63,851 nucleotides of DNA, filler included, from 4 parts of 4 records of this genome joined end to end with filler, not necessarily neighbours in it, one strand, 5' to 3'. Shown: positions 1 through 11,570, counted from the first letter of the whole stretch. The notes: generated from the letters alone by a model not told the origin. Numbers and translations are program-made.

Positions 1-1921
1 CGGCATCCTGCGCGATGTCTTCACCATGGGCGCGCGCCCGATCGCGCTGGTCAATGCATTGCGCTTCGGCTCCCCGGACCATCCCAAGACCCGCAGCCTC
101 GTGGCGGGCGTGGTCGCGGGCATCGGCGGATACGGAAACTGTGTGGGCGTGCCGACCGTGGCCGGGGAAACCCAGTTCGACGAAGGCTATAATGGCAACA
201 TCCTCGTCAATGCGATGGCCGTCGGCCTCGCCGATCAGGACAAGATTTTCTATGCCCGCGGCGCGACGCCCGGAAATCCGATCTTCTATGTCGGATCGAA
301 GACCGGGCGCGACGGCATCCATGGCGCGACCATGGCGTCTGCCGAATTCTCCGAGGGCGACGAGGAGAAGCGCCCTACCGTGCAGGTTGGCGACCCGTTC
401 ACCGAGAAGCTGCTGATCGAGGCCTGCCTCGAACTGATGGCGACAGACGCCATTCAGGCAATCCAGGACATGGGCGCTGCTGGCCTGACCTCCTCCTCGG
501 TCGAGATGGCCGCCAGCGGCGGCGAGAATGGCGAAGGCATCGGCGTGGTCATGGACCTCGACAAGGTGCCCCAGCGCGAAGAAGGCATGACAGCCTACGA
601 GATCATGCTGTCCGAGAGCCAGGAGCGCATGCTCATGGTGCTCTATCCCGACAAGATCGATGTCGCGAAAGCGGTGTTCGACAAGTATGACCTGTCGGCT
701 GAAGTCATCGGTCACACGACCGATACCGGCCATCTTGTGCTGACGCAGTTTGGCGAGACGGTTTGCGACATCCCCGTCGCTCCACTGGCTGAAGATGCGC
801 CGAATTATGACCGCCCCTGGACAGAGCCGCCGAAGCGCGCGCCTTTGGACATTTCAAAATATCCCGAGCCTGAAGATTACGGCGAAGTGCTGCTCAAGCT
901 GATGTCGTCGCCTGACATGGCGTCAAAGCGCTGGATCTGGGAACAATATGACCGGCACGTCATGGGCGACACGGTGGACAGCTCGCAGTCGCAAGGCGAC
1001 GCAGCCATTGTCCGCATCCACGGCACGAACAAGGCGCTCGCCATCTGTTCCGACTGCAACCCGCATTATGTCGCCGCTGACCCGTATGAAGGCGGCAAGG
1101 CCGCCGTGGCCGAGGCTTACCGAAACCTCTCCGCCGTCGGCGCGACGCCGATTGCAATCACGGACAATCTCAATTTCGGCAACCCGGAAAAGCCGGCCAC
1201 GATGGGCTATATCGTGAAGGCCATCGAAGGCATGGCCGAAGCCTGCCGCGAACTCGATTTCCCGGTCGTGTCGGGCAACGTGTCCCTCTACAATGAGACC
1301 GATGGCATTGCCATTCCGCCGACACCCGTTGTGGGCGGCGTGGGCCTGATTGAGGATTTGTCAAAGGTGGCGACGCTCAACGGCGCGCAGCCCGGGGACA
1401 CCCTGGTTGTAGTCGGCGAAACAAAGGGTCATCTTGGCGCTTCGCTCTACGCTCGGGAATGGCTCGGACTCAAGGGTGACGATCTAGGTACTCCGCCGCA
1501 AGTGAACCTCGCGATTGAAGCAAAGAATGCAGCATTCGTTCGCGAGATGATACGACAAGCGAAAGTCACCTCCGCTCACGACGTGAGCGAGGGTGGTTTG
1601 ATATGTGCCGCCATCGATATGACGCTGGCCACCGGAATTGGAATCATCATTGATCCAACTATTCACAAAGACCTTACGAATTGCACTTGGTTGTTTGGCG
1701 AAGATCAGGCGCGAACCCTCGTTTCCGTCTCCGAGGACTGTTTATCAGATCTAATTGGAAGAGCGGCAGTCGCTGACGTTCACGTAGACGTACTTGGCCA
1801 GCTCACCGAGTCCCCAGACGATGACCTGTTGGTCCTAGGAACATACGGCGTGGTTTCCGTCGGAGAGCTAAGAAAAGCCCATGAGGGGTGGCTGCCGGCC
1901 TATATGAATTCCGTCGACTGA
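1..1921 (+). CDS. purL: Phosphoribosylformylglycinamidine synthase subunit PurL (5'-truncated)
   Basis: Motifs [38 protein letters not shown] and [12 protein letters not shown]; the frame is open at the window start ([13 protein letters not shown]). Confidence 0.97.
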   Translation, partial: GILRDVFTMGARPIALVNALRFGSPDHPKTRSLVAGVVAGIGGYGNCVGVPTVAGETQFDEGYNGNILVNAMAVGLADQDKIFYARGATPGNPIFYVGSKTGRDGIHGATMASAEFSEGDEEKRPTVQVGDPFTEKLLIEACLELMATDAIQAIQDMGAAGLTSSSVEMAASGGENGEGIGVVMDLDKVPQREEGMTAYEIMLSESQERMLMVLYPDKIDVAKAVFDKYDLSAEVIGHTTDTGHLVLTQFGETVCDIPVAPLAEDAPNYDRPWTEPPKRAPLDISKYPEPEDYGEVLLKLMSSPDMASKRWIWEQYDRHVMGDTVDSSQSQGDAAIVRIHGTNKALAICSDCNPHYVAADPYEGGKAAVAEAYRNLSAVGATPIAITDNLNFGNPEKPATMGYIVKAIEGMAEACRELDFPVVSGNVSLYNETDGIAIPPTPVVGGVGLIEDLSKVATLNGAQPGDTLVVVGETKGHLGASLYAREWLGLKGDDLGTPPQVNLAIEAKNAAFVREMIRQAKVTSAHDVSEGGLICAAIDMTLATGIGIIIDPTIHKDLTNCTWLFGEDQARTLVSVSEDCLSDLIGRAAVADVHVDVLGQLTESPDDDLLVLGTYGVVSVGELRKAHEGWLPAYMNSVD

Positions 1922-1929
1922 ACGAGAAA

Positions 1930-1958
1930 CACCCCTTCTGCATTCTGCAAAAGGGGTG
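1930..1958. terminator. Hairpin between convergent purL and the outer-membrane protein gene
   Basis: CACCCCTTCTGCA-TTC-TGCAAAAGGGGTG inverted repeat. Confidence 0.6.
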
Positions 1959-1983
1959 CTCACTCTGGTGACTTTATGTCAGG

Positions 1984-2601
1984 CTAAAACTTGTACCCAA
2001 CACCCAGCATCACACCATTCGTGTCGGTATCTTCAAACGAATAGTAGGTGTAGTCGCCGCGAAGCTCCCAGTTTTCGGTCAGGTCATAGGTAAGACCTGC
2101 ACCGATGGCCGGGCCTTCCTCGGAATCCTCAACCGTAATCGGCGTACCGCCCGGCGTGGCCAGCGACGCATCAAGATCGATATATGCATAACCGGCGCGA
2201 CCGAAAGCGCTCAGGCGCTCCGTAAGCGGCACATCTGCGCGGCCATACAGACCAACCAGATAGTTCAGGCCGATGTCGCCGGAAGCGCCGATCAAGTCGT
2301 TGAAGTCGCCATCATTGTTGTCGTCGAGATTGAATTCGTCTTCGTCAACATTGTAGTCGAATTCGCCATCATCGATGCCCGAGGCCAGTTCACCTTCAAG
2401 GCTAAAGACATTGTTGAACTTGTAGCCGAGACGCGCGGCGATGCCGTTCGTGTCAACACCCTGCTCTGCACCATCGGGTTCGATTTCCAGGTACTGGTAC
2501 CCGCCATCAAGATAGAAGCCCGTGTCACTCTCATAGGACTGCGCCTGAGCGGACACAGCCAGACCCGTGGCTGCAGATGCGATCAGAAAATACTTAAACA
2601 T
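1984..2601 (-). CDS. Outer-membrane beta-barrel (porin/OmpA-like transmembrane domain) protein
   Basis: Signal peptide MFKYFLIASAATGLAVSAQA, GGAG RBS, amphipathic strands, C-terminal GVGYKF. Confidence 0.85.
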   Translation of the reverse strand: MFKYFLIASAATGLAVSAQAQSYESDTGFYLDGGYQYLEIEPDGAEQGVDTNGIAARLGYKFNNVFSLEGELASGIDDGEFDYNVDEDEFNLDDNNDGDFNDLIGASGDIGLNYLVGLYGRADVPLTERLSAFGRAGYAYIDLDASLATPGGTPITVEDSEEGPAIGAGLTYDLTENWELRGDYTYYSFEDTDTNGVMLGVGYKF

Positions 2602-2880
2602 GTGGTCTCCTTTAAAGACGTGTTCAGCTCCCGCCAGATCGGCGAGACCACAAGAAAACCGTGTCTGAACTGTGTCTGTTCCCATGACAAATCCGCAACC
2701 CTCAGCAGTTGCCGGAAAGTCACATGTTCTTAATGCGGATTAACCACCCTTACCGTAGTTTTATTTATTGAAATACGGTGCTCAGAGACTTTCGTGCAGC
2801 ATTGCAAATTGGTGACGCACAGTGGGTTTGGAACCAACCCGCGGTGCCGACGTTCTCACGCCCCTTCCTCCTTGAAAGGA

Positions 2881-3879
2881 TTAGTTTTCCTGCCGCTTGG
2901 ACGAGATGAGCCAGGCATCCGCCGCCTTCACCGCCATAACAAGCGTGTCGCCCGCCCGCACAAAGAAATCATGTGTCAGATCGCCATAATCATCCGAAGG
3001 GGCGTGATATCCGGGATGGTCTTCGACCCCAAAATACAGAAATGGAATGCCGATCTCGTGAAAGACGGCATGATCGGACTGGTTGGTCCAGTCATCCTGT
3101 CCGAGTTCAGGCGAGTCATGTCCTGTGAGCAGGGTTACCGGCACTTGGGTGGCCAAATCATCAATCATGGGCTTCAGCTGCGGGTAAGGCGTGGTGCCAG
3201 CGACATAGAGTTCTCCCGCGTCGGATCGTCCAACCATGTCGAAATTCATGTTCAATGCGACCCGCCCAAGATCAATCAGCCCAGATTCGACCAGAGCCTT
3301 TGCGCCCTGATAGCCGATTTCTTCGGCGTCCAGCGCGGCAAAGACGATGTCATGCTTGGGAGGATTTCGCTCGAAATATTCTGCGACACCGACAAGCGCG
3401 GCCACACCAGAGGCATTGTCGTCAGCGCCATTATATATTTCTCCGTCAACGATGCCGAGATGGTCGTAATGGGCCGTAACCACGAGCATGGGGCCCCGCC
3501 CCGGCGTCTCCCCGGCGATCCAGCCAACAATATTCACACCGTCTGCCGGTTCCGATAACCCGTCCATTGGCCCCGGCAGGACTGGAAAGGCGTACTCGTA
3601 TGTCCCGTGGAACCTGCGCAGCTCCATCGCCTCGAACCGCTTCAGGATGAATCCCCGTGCTGCGGCATTGCCCGATGATCCCGCAGCACGGCCTTCCAGT
3701 GCGTCCGAGGAAAGCGTTTCCGTCAGGTTCAGCATGGCTGGGCCGTCTACATACATCGCGCGATACTCCGTGAGACGGTCCGCCACGTCGTCATCGCGGT
3801 TCATGTAGAAGAAGACGCCCGCGACAATCATCACAATGAAAAGAACTTCGGCGAGAATGAAGGCGCGCATTCTGGTCAT
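2881..3879 (-). CDS. M28 family metallopeptidase with N-terminal membrane anchor
   Basis: TAHYDHLG, GADDNASG, DAEEIG, NFDMVGR, SDH and YH motifs; start codon uncertain. Confidence 0.9.
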   Translation of the reverse strand: MTRMRAFILAEVLFIVMIVAGVFFYMNRDDDVADRLTEYRAMYVDGPAMLNLTETLSSDALEGRAAGSSGNAAARGFILKRFEAMELRRFHGTYEYAFPVLPGPMDGLSEPADGVNIVGWIAGETPGRGPMLVVTAHYDHLGIVDGEIYNGADDNASGVAALVGVAEYFERNPPKHDIVFAALDAEEIGYQGAKALVESGLIDLGRVALNMNFDMVGRSDAGELYVAGTTPYPQLKPMIDDLATQVPVTLLTGHDSPELGQDDWTNQSDHAVFHEIGIPFLYFGVEDHPGYHAPSDDYGDLTHDFFVRAGDTLVMAVKAADAWLISSKRQEN

Positions 3880-4014
3880 GGGGGCAAATCCAATCATGAT
3901 TTCTGTTATTACCACTTTAGAGTTGCCCTCCTGATGTCACAATCGGTTCAGCCGGATGCTTGACGTCGCAGGTGCTAAACGCCAGTTCTGCCACGCAACT
4001 GGAAGGAACTGCCC

Positions 4015-4251
4015 ATGGCCATGTCACGCGAGACGCTGCTCGGATATCTCACCGACGCTTTCCCGGAAGCCGAGATCACGCTGACCGACCTGGCGGGCGA
4101 CGACAATCACTGGCAGGCCGAGATTGTCAGCAGCCAGTTCGCAGGCATTCCCCGCGTGAAGCAGCACCAATTGGTCTATTCTGCCCTGAAAGGCACGATG
4201 GGGGGCGAACTTCATGCGCTGGCCTTGAAAACGCGGGCACCGGATTCCTGA
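4015..4251 (+). CDS. bolA: BolA family protein
   Basis: DLAGDDNHW, QHQLVY, LHALALKT. Confidence 0.93.
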   Translation: MAMSRETLLGYLTDAFPEAEITLTDLAGDDNHWQAEIVSSQFAGIPRVKQHQLVYSALKGTMGGELHALALKTRAPDS

Positions 4252-4321
4252 ATCTGACGCATTGACGATACGGTCGGTTCGTTATTGTTTCATCCGCAAC
4301 CAAGGATGAGGAAACGACCCC

Positions 4322-6181
4322 ATGAAACGCCTGACCTTAACCACCAGCGCCATCGCGCTGAGCTTCATGATTGCGGCCTGCGCCGCGCCTGAAGCTGTAG
4401 ATGAAACAACTCTCGACACCGCGCCTGAAGTGGTCGCTGAAGTCGATCATTCCGTAGAAATCGCTGAGGCCCGCGCCTTCCTGGAGCGCGCCGAAGCTGA
4501 ACTCGCCGCGCAGAGCCGTATTGCCGCGCAAGCCTACTGGAACCAGGCCACGAACATCACGCCCGAAACCAACGCGCTCGCAGCCGAAGCTGGTGCGGCA
4601 TCGACCATCCTCGCCGTTTCACTCGCGAATGAGTCCAAGCAGTTCGATGTCAGCGTCCTGCCAGCTGATTTGGCGCGCAAGATGACCATGTTGCGTACCG
4701 GGATCACGATCCCTGCCCCGTCGACGCCGGGCGCAGCCGAGGAGCTTTCGCAGATCACCACCAATCTCGACGCGACCTACGGCACCGGGAAATTCACCTA
4801 TAAGGGCGAGGCACTGAACCTCGACCAATTGTCGACGATCATTGAAACCAGCCGCGACCCGGAAGAACTCAAAGCTGTCTGGGAAGGCTGGCGCACGATC
4901 TCCGTGCCGATGAAGGACGATTATGCCCGCATGGTCGAGATCGCCAATGAAGGCGCAAATGAGCTTGGCTTCGAAAGCCTCGATCAGATGTGGCTGTCCG
5001 GCTACGACATGGCACCGGAAGAGATGGAAGCTGAAGTGCAACGTCTGTGGACGCAGGTGGAGCCGCTTTATGAAGAGCTGCACTGCTTCACCCGCGCCAA
5101 ACTGAATGAAGAATACGGCGACGATGTGCAGCCGCGCACCGGCCCAATCCGCGCTGACCTGTTGGGTAATATGTGGGCCCAGCAATGGTCATCCATCTAT
5201 GACGTCGTGAAGCCTGACGTGCCGGGACCAAGCTACGACCTGACCGAACGCCTCAACGAAAAGGGCTATGACGCCATCAAAATGGTCGAGACAGGCGAAA
5301 CCTTCTTCACCTCCCTCGGCCTCGAGCCGCTGCCGGAAACTTTCTGGGAGCGTTCCATGATCGTGCGCCCAGAGGGCCGCGAAGTCGTTTGCCACGCCTC
5401 AGCCTGGGATCTGGACGATGAGGAAGATGTACGCATCAAGATGTGTACCGAAGTGAACTCGGAAGACTTCTATACGGTCCATCACGAACTGGGTCACAAT
5501 TTCTACCAGCGCGCCTACAAGGATCAGGACTACTTGTACAAAACCGGCGCACATGATGGCTTCCATGAGGCCATCGGCGACTTTGTCGGCTTGTCGATCA
5601 CACCGGAATACCTCGAACAGATCAATCTGATCACCGCTGAGGAAAAGCCGGGCGCTGATGCCGACACGGCACTTCTGATGCAGACCGCGCTCGACAAGAT
5701 CGCCTTCCTGCCGTTTGCGCTGACCGTTGATGGCTGGCGCTGGGATGTCCTGTCTGGTGAAACTGCGCCAGAGGCCTACAACACGTCATGGTGGGATCTC
5801 CGCCTGAAAAATCAGGGCCTCGTACCACCGGCCCCGCGCCCGGCAGACGCCTTCGATCCCGGCGCGAAGTACCACATTCCGGGCAACACGCCCTATTTGC
5901 GCTACTTCCTGAGCTACATCCTGCAGTTCCAGTTCCACAAGGCCGCTTGTGAGCAGGCTGGCTGGGAAGGACCGCTGCATCGCTGCTCGATCTATGACAA
6001 CAAGGAAGTGGGCAAACGCTTCAATGCCATGCTGGAAGCTGGCGCGTCACAGCCTTGGCCGGACACGCTGGAAGAATTCACCGGCACTCGCGAAATGGAT
6101 GGCAGCGCGATCATCGAGTATTTCGATCCGCTGATGCTCTATATGAAAGACCAGAACGCCACCGAGAGCTGTGGCTGGTAA
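4322..6181 (+). CDS. M2 family peptidyl-dipeptidase (ACE-like), predicted lipoprotein
   Basis: LLGNMWAQQW, CHASAWD, HHELGH, GFHEAIGD, FDPGAKYHI; lipobox IAAC. Confidence 0.95.
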   Translation: MKRLTLTTSAIALSFMIAACAAPEAVDETTLDTAPEVVAEVDHSVEIAEARAFLERAEAELAAQSRIAAQAYWNQATNITPETNALAAEAGAASTILAVSLANESKQFDVSVLPADLARKMTMLRTGITIPAPSTPGAAEELSQITTNLDATYGTGKFTYKGEALNLDQLSTIIETSRDPEELKAVWEGWRTISVPMKDDYARMVEIANEGANELGFESLDQMWLSGYDMAPEEMEAEVQRLWTQVEPLYEELHCFTRAKLNEEYGDDVQPRTGPIRADLLGNMWAQQWSSIYDVVKPDVPGPSYDLTERLNEKGYDAIKMVETGETFFTSLGLEPLPETFWERSMIVRPEGREVVCHASAWDLDDEEDVRIKMCTEVNSEDFYTVHHELGHNFYQRAYKDQDYLYKTGAHDGFHEAIGDFVGLSITPEYLEQINLITAEEKPGADADTALLMQTALDKIAFLPFALTVDGWRWDVLSGETAPEAYNTSWWDLRLKNQGLVPPAPRPADAFDPGAKYHIPGNTPYLRYFLSYILQFQFHKAACEQAGWEGPLHRCSIYDNKEVGKRFNAMLEAGASQPWPDTLEEFTGTREMDGSAIIEYFDPLMLYMKDQNATESCGW

Positions 6182-6698
6182 ACACCGTTCCCAATTGACG
6201 CGGTCACCCAGACGAATAGTCCTGTGGGTGGCCGCTGTCTTTTTTGTCATCGGTGGCCTTGCTGCCAGCAATCCGTTGAACAGATACCTGCTCTGGCGAA
6301 ACCTAAGCGTAGACAAGCTGGATCGGATGATAGACTCGCATCTTCATGAACGTCATGAAGGTGTAGAATATGCCTGTCTCTACACCGTCACTTGCGCCAG
6401 CGGGCGGGCGCGATTGGAATTGAGGACCAGCCTGTCAGACACTGAACTTGATGACATCAGAGAAGCTATTTGGCGCCGTAAGTTCGAGGACTACTGCCCG
6501 GGCAGAACAACGAATTTGGGGCTTGAATTTCTCACGCCGGACGCCGGTCAGGCACGCCGGGACATTTGGACGTTCGGAGGAGGATTCATGGGCGAACACA
6601 CCCGGTTTAATGGCGGATCCTTTTCACAAGAGGCACCATGGGAACCCTGCACTCTGGAACGCGCCTATTGGCACCGCGAACCGGATTCAGTCCCTTGA
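6171..6698 (+). CDS. Hypothetical membrane-anchored protein
   Basis: 175-aa ORF overlapping the ACE stop; N-terminal hydrophobic segment, four Cys. Confidence 0.6.
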   Translation: MAGKHRSQLTRSPRRIVLWVAAVFFVIGGLAASNPLNRYLLWRNLSVDKLDRMIDSHLHERHEGVEYACLYTVTCASGRARLELRTSLSDTELDDIREAIWRRKFEDYCPGRTTNLGLEFLTPDAGQARRDIWTFGGGFMGEHTRFNGGSFSQEAPWEPCTLERAYWHREPDSVP

Positions 6699-6747
6699 CC
6701 TGAGCAAGCTCCCCACTCACATCTACTGAAACACCGGAGACTTCCCC

Positions 6748-7086
6748 ATGACCGACCAAGCCACCCTTGACGCCATTGACAAAGCCGTCAAAGCCAATGA
6801 CGTCGTACTTTTCATGAAAGGTACACCGACGTTCCCGCAGTGCGGGTTCTCATCAGTTGTGGTGCAGGTTCTGGACTATCTTGGCGTGGACTATGTCTCG
6901 ACGAACGTTCTGGAAGATCAGGCCGTGCGGGAAGGCATCAAGGCCTACTCGGAATGGCCGACCATTCCACAGCTCTATGTAAAGGGCGAATTCGTTGGCG
7001 GCTGTGACATCGTCAAAGAGATGTTTGAAAGCGGCGAACTGCGCGACTTCATGAAGGACAAGGGTGTCGAGCTGGAAGACGCCTGA
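6748..7086 (+). CDS. grxD: Monothiol glutaredoxin Grx4
   Basis: [23 protein letters not shown]. Confidence 0.97.
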   Translation: MTDQATLDAIDKAVKANDVVLFMKGTPTFPQCGFSSVVVQVLDYLGVDYVSTNVLEDQAVREGIKAYSEWPTIPQLYVKGEFVGGCDIVKEMFESGELRDFMKDKGVELEDA

Positions 7087-7089
7087 GGC

Positions 7090-7332
7090 TCAGGCCTGAA
7101 AGAATCCTGTGATGCTGGCCTGGATCATGTGTCCGTCAGCATGCACCAGCGCTGGTGACGCAACAAACATGACGCTGAAGGCTAGCCCGCTCAAATAGCT
7201 CTTACGACGCCTGAACGGCATCGGATGGCAGGCCCGCGCGGCTCGACGCCACTTAATCAGCGTATATATGACCAGATAGATGCCCAGCATGGCCGCCCCC
7301 CAGGCTGCGGTAAGAATCATCAGGTGCGTCAT
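7090..7332 (-). CDS. Small hypothetical membrane protein
   Basis: Two hydrophobic segments; GGGAG RBS. Confidence 0.5.
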   Translation of the reverse strand: MTHLMILTAAWGAAMLGIYLVIYTLIKWRRAARACHPMPFRRRKSYLSGLAFSVMFVASPALVHADGHMIQASITGFFQA

Positions 7333-7505
7333 GGGTCTCCCCTCCCTTAACTACCGGTTCCCAGATTACGCGACCTGCATTTCCGGGTGTCAAACATTTG
7401 CTGGAAATTTGCTCTAGTGAGCGAAAGGGTTTGGTAACCGAAAAAAAACGGCCCGATGTGCGCCCGACCTTTCCAGTTCGCAGCATTCGTTATAGCAGGG
7501 CGACT

Positions 7506-8873
7506 ATGACCACGACATCCCTTGCCCCTGCTCCGATCCGGCCTGCCAAGGCCCCCAAGGTCGGCATCGTTTCCCTCGGCTGCCCGAAAGCCCTGGTCGA
7601 TTCCGAGCGGATCATCACGCGCCTGCGCGCAGAAGGCTACCAGATCGCCCCGGACTATTCCGGCGCAGACCTGGTTCTGGTGAACACGTGCGGATTTCTG
7701 GATTCCGCGCGTGATGAGAGCCTTGAGGCTATCGGTGAAGCGATTGAAGCGAATGGCAAGGTTATCGTTACAGGCTGTCTTGGCGCCGAACCGGACGTGA
7801 TCGAGAAAGCGCATCCCAAAGTGCTCGCGATCACCGGACCTCACCAGTATGAGGCCGTGATGGACGCGGTCCACACGCACCTCACCCCGCCGCACAATCC
7901 ACACACCGATCTGGTGCCTGAAAGTGGCCTGCGCCTGACACCGCGCCATTACGCATATTTGAAGATCTCGGAGGGCTGCAACAATCGGTGCAGCTTCTGC
8001 ATTATTCCGAAACTTCGCGGCGATCTTGCCTCCCGCCCGATCCATCATGTGCTGACCGAAGCCGAACAACTGGTCCGGGCCGGCGTGAAGGAATTGCTCG
8101 TGATCAGTCAGGACACGTCCGCCTATGGACTGGACGTGCGCTACAAGCCGGAAACCTGGCGTGGCACGGAATACCAGACGCGCTTCCTCGAACTGGCCAA
8201 GGGGCTGGGTAGCCTCGGCGTGTGGACGCGGATGCATTATGTTTATCCCTATCCGCATGTGGACCAGGTTATTCCGCTGATGGCCGAAGGCCTGATCACA
8301 CCCTATCTCGACATTCCATTCCAGCACGCCTCCGCGCCGGTGCTAAAGGCCATGAAACGGCCCGCCAAACAGGACCGCGTACTTGAACGCATCCTTCAGT
8401 GGCGCCGGGATGTGCCTGACCTCGCCATCCGCTCAACCTTTATCGTTGGGTTTCCGGGCGAGACCGAAGAGGATTTCGAGATCTTGCTGGACTTCATCCG
8501 CGAAGCGAAGATCGATCGCGCAGGGTGCTTCCAATACGAAAACGTCGCCCATGCTGACAGCCGTGACCTGCCCGGTCATGTGCCAGATGAGGTCAAGGAA
8601 GCGCGCTGGCACCGCTTCATGGAAGTGCAGGCGAAAGTGTCTGCTGATCGCGCCGCTGCGCAGGTCGGAACGGTTCAGGACGTCATAATTGACGGCCCAT
8701 CTGACTCGACCGGCGAAATGATAGGCCGCACCAAGGCTGATGCGCCGGAAGTCGATGCCGTGGTCTATCTGGAAAATGCAAGTCACCTGAAAGCGGGCGA
8801 CATCGTCTCGGCGGCAATCACTGGAGCAGATGATTACGACCTGTTCGGACAGCTTGCCAGCAAGGACGGCTAA
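7506..8873 (+). CDS. rimO: Ribosomal protein S12 methylthiotransferase
   Basis: [17 protein letters not shown], radical-SAM CNNRCSFC, C-terminal TRAM domain with DAPEVD. Confidence 0.97.
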   Translation: MTTTSLAPAPIRPAKAPKVGIVSLGCPKALVDSERIITRLRAEGYQIAPDYSGADLVLVNTCGFLDSARDESLEAIGEAIEANGKVIVTGCLGAEPDVIEKAHPKVLAITGPHQYEAVMDAVHTHLTPPHNPHTDLVPESGLRLTPRHYAYLKISEGCNNRCSFCIIPKLRGDLASRPIHHVLTEAEQLVRAGVKELLVISQDTSAYGLDVRYKPETWRGTEYQTRFLELAKGLGSLGVWTRMHYVYPYPHVDQVIPLMAEGLITPYLDIPFQHASAPVLKAMKRPAKQDRVLERILQWRRDVPDLAIRSTFIVGFPGETEEDFEILLDFIREAKIDRAGCFQYENVAHADSRDLPGHVPDEVKEARWHRFMEVQAKVSADRAAAQVGTVQDVIIDGPSDSTGEMIGRTKADAPEVDAVVYLENASHLKAGDIVSAAITGADDYDLFGQLASKDG

Positions 8874-9022
8874 CCCCTTAATCGTCGTCAACTTGTCTTC
8901 TGCAATGACGACACCGGATAACAGAGCACACGCACGGGTTTTTTCGTATTATTGAAAAACAATATGTTGACTTATCGTTATTCGATACATCATACTTGCC
9001 TCATCAAATCGGAGGCACCCCC

Positions 9023-9952
9023 ATGAAACGCGCGCTCATATCCCTGTCCGCCCTGTCCATCGCAGCCTTGCCGGCTCTGGCCGAGACTAAGGACTTCCCA
9101 GTCGGCTCCTTCTCCAGCATTGATGTGAAAGGTGGCATCAAGGTCCTGTACGAAACCGGCGCTGAGACCACAGTCATCGTTGAACAGGCCGAAGGCGACT
9201 TTTCAGATATCAGCATCGAAACTGATGATGGAGAGCTGCAAATCGGCCGTGAAAGCCTCGGCTTCCTGAAATCCTTACGGGCCAATCTTCACGTGGATCT
9301 CGTCGAAGGTGACTTGCGCGTGAAAGTGAACGGAAAGCGCAAGCCTTCCTATACGGTGATTGTCACGTCGCCGAGTATTTCCGAACTGGACGTGGCGCAA
9401 TCCTCAATTCTTGAAGCCTCCGGGATCGATGCGGGAGAAATCGAACTGGACGCTTCTTCGAGCGCAAAACTGATCGTTTCCGGTCGCGCCGCTTCAGCCG
9501 ACATGGACGCATCGTCTTCCTCCAGTATCGACGCATCCGACTTCATTGTCGGGGCAATATCGATCGAGGCAACATCGAGCGCGGATGTGATCGCTCATGC
9601 GGTCACCAATAGTCGGGCCAGAATCGACGCTTCCTCCAGCTCTGACGTTAAGCTGGTTCTGGAAAGCACAGCAGATATCGATGTCGATGCCTCATCCAGC
9701 ACCGATATTGTGCTCACCGGAACATGCGACGAGATTACGGTGGATGCATCGTCATCCGCCGACGTTGAAGCCAAGGATCTGTTGTGCAAGTCCGCCGAGA
9801 TCGACGCATCCAGTAGCGCGGACGTGTCCGTCAGCGTGACTGAGGCGCTGGAAGCCAAAGCGTCCAGTGGCGCCGACATCAACGTTCACGGCGCACCGAC
9901 CCAGGTCGATATCACCGAGTCGAGCGGCGGCGATATTTCCATAAAATCCTGA
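9023..9952 (+). CDS. Secreted GIN-domain / DUF2807-type beta-helix protein
   Basis: Signal peptide; repeated DASSS(S/A)D turns. Confidence 0.8.
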   Translation: MKRALISLSALSIAALPALAETKDFPVGSFSSIDVKGGIKVLYETGAETTVIVEQAEGDFSDISIETDDGELQIGRESLGFLKSLRANLHVDLVEGDLRVKVNGKRKPSYTVIVTSPSISELDVAQSSILEASGIDAGEIELDASSSAKLIVSGRAASADMDASSSSSIDASDFIVGAISIEATSSADVIAHAVTNSRARIDASSSSDVKLVLESTADIDVDASSSTDIVLTGTCDEITVDASSSADVEAKDLLCKSAEIDASSSADVSVSVTEALEAKASSGADINVHGAPTQVDITESSGGDISIKS

Positions 9953-9977
9953 CACCGAGCATTATAGGAATCAGACC

Positions 9978-10628
9978 ATGAGAAAATCAGTTATCATCGC
10001 ATCCAGCATTGCTGCGTTTGCTCTATCCGCGTCACTCTACAGCGCATCCGCCGAGACAACCCAAGTGTACAATCTTTCCGGATTTGATGAACTCGATATC
10101 TCCGCCGGTGTCTCCGTCAAATTCGTGCGTGCACCTCAGCATTCGATCACCGCTGACTTTGAACGGGGTGGCCCCGAAGATGTCAAAGTGCGCCTCGATG
10201 GAGACCGCCTGTATCTGTCCCGCAAATCCACAAAGGGGTGGGGTAACAAGGTGCGCGTCAAATTCACTGTGACCGGCCCGGAGCTCAACGAGATCGAAGC
10301 CAGCTCTGGCTCGTCCCTGCTCGCGGAAGGATTGGAGTCCGGCCCTATGGAGATAGACGTTTCCAGCGGCGCAGCGGTTTCCGTCCACGGCGCATGCACA
10401 CGCCTTGAGGTAAAAGCTTCGTCCGGCGGCAGTGCCAACGCAAAAGGGCTCACCTGTGAAACTGTGCAGGCCAAGGCCAGCAGCGGCGGATCAGTCAAGG
10501 CATATGCCAGCGACGCCGCATCGAGCAAGACGTCCAGCGGTGGCAGCGTCGATATCTACGGCAATCCCGAGTCGCGCTCGGCCAACAAGTCCATGAGCGG
10601 CGGATCTACCGCGTTCCATGGCGGCTGA
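9978..10628 (+). CDS. Secreted GIN-domain / DUF2807-type protein (tandem paralogue)
   Basis: Signal peptide; ASSGGS repeats; terminal YGNP. Confidence 0.8.
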   Translation: MRKSVIIASSIAAFALSASLYSASAETTQVYNLSGFDELDISAGVSVKFVRAPQHSITADFERGGPEDVKVRLDGDRLYLSRKSTKGWGNKVRVKFTVTGPELNEIEASSGSSLLAEGLESGPMEIDVSSGAAVSVHGACTRLEVKASSGGSANAKGLTCETVQAKASSGGSVKAYASDAASSKTSSGGSVDIYGNPESRSANKSMSGGSTAFHGG

Positions 10629-10666
10629 TCGAGTTGAGTATCGGAGGGAAACAAGTCCCTCCGGTC

Positions 10667-11494
10667 CTACCCGATGTCGAAGTCTTCCGGGTTAAATCCA
10701 GGATTTGGCCATTCAAGGTTCAAATCTTCCAGCGCGCCACGTACGAGACGGGCGATCATGGCATTTCGACGAGTCCGGCTGTCTGCGGGCACAACATACC
10801 AAGGCGCATGCGGTGTCGAGCATCGCTCAACGGCGGTCTCATAGGCCGACATGAATTTTGCCCAATCCTTGCGATCATCCAGATCCGCCGGATTGAATTT
10901 CCAAAGTTTGTGAGGCTCGACAAGGCGTTCTGCGAGCCGGACGCCTTGTTCCTCATACCCGACATTCAGCATGCATTTGACGATGACGACGCCGTTCTCC
11001 GTCATGTGTTTTTCGAACGCATTGATCTGCTCATACCGCCGTTCCACGTCTTCCGGGCTAGCGAAGTCACGCACTTTCACGACCAGCACGTCTTCATAGT
11101 GCGAACGATCAAAGATGCCGACATTGCCCTTTTTGGGCACGGCATTGTGAACGCGCCAGAGATAGTCGCGGGCCAGTTCGTTCTTGCTTGGCGCCTTGAA
11201 CGCTTTCACCTCCATGCCAAGCGGCGTGGTGTCGGCGAAGACATTGCGAATGGTGCCCGACTTGCCTGCCGTATCCATGCCCTGCAGCACGACAAGCACG
11301 GACTGCTTCTTGTGGGCGTAGAGCATGTCCTTCAATTCGTTGACGACGGCCGCGTCCTTTTTCAGGCTGGTTTTGGCGTCTTCCTTGTCAGCAAAGAGAT
11401 CAGGGTCCCGGGTCGGCCGCGCTGCCAGCGAGAAGGGTTCGCCCGGCTTGGCAATGAGGTGCTGGCGGACTTGCGCGATATCGGGAATGTTCAT
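10667..11494 (-). CDS. ppk2: Polyphosphate kinase 2 family protein
   Basis: LQGMDTAGKSG Walker A, FDRSHYEDVL, KLWKF, PWYVVPAD. Confidence 0.93.
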   Translation of the reverse strand: MNIPDIAQVRQHLIAKPGEPFSLAARPTRDPDLFADKEDAKTSLKKDAAVVNELKDMLYAHKKQSVLVVLQGMDTAGKSGTIRNVFADTTPLGMEVKAFKAPSKNELARDYLWRVHNAVPKKGNVGIFDRSHYEDVLVVKVRDFASPEDVERRYEQINAFEKHMTENGVVIVKCMLNVGYEEQGVRLAERLVEPHKLWKFNPADLDDRKDWAKFMSAYETAVERCSTPHAPWYVVPADSRTRRNAMIARLVRGALEDLNLEWPNPGFNPEDFDIG

Positions 11495-11510
11495 GCGATC
11501 AGATTCTCCA

Positions 11511-11545
11511 AAAAGAAAGGCCGCACCAGTCTGGCGCGGCCTTTT
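11511..11545 (-). terminator. Rho-independent terminator of rpsD
   Basis: AAAGGCCGCACCAG/CTGGCGCGGCCTTT hairpin followed by a T-run on the minus strand. Confidence 0.75.
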
Positions 11546-11570
11546 AGATTGTTCAAGGAATTCAGTCCAC

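Noticed and set aside
9400-10620. Repeated DASSS/ASSGG motifs as a DNA repeat element
   Set aside because: They are protein-level beta-helix repeats of DUF2807-type proteins.
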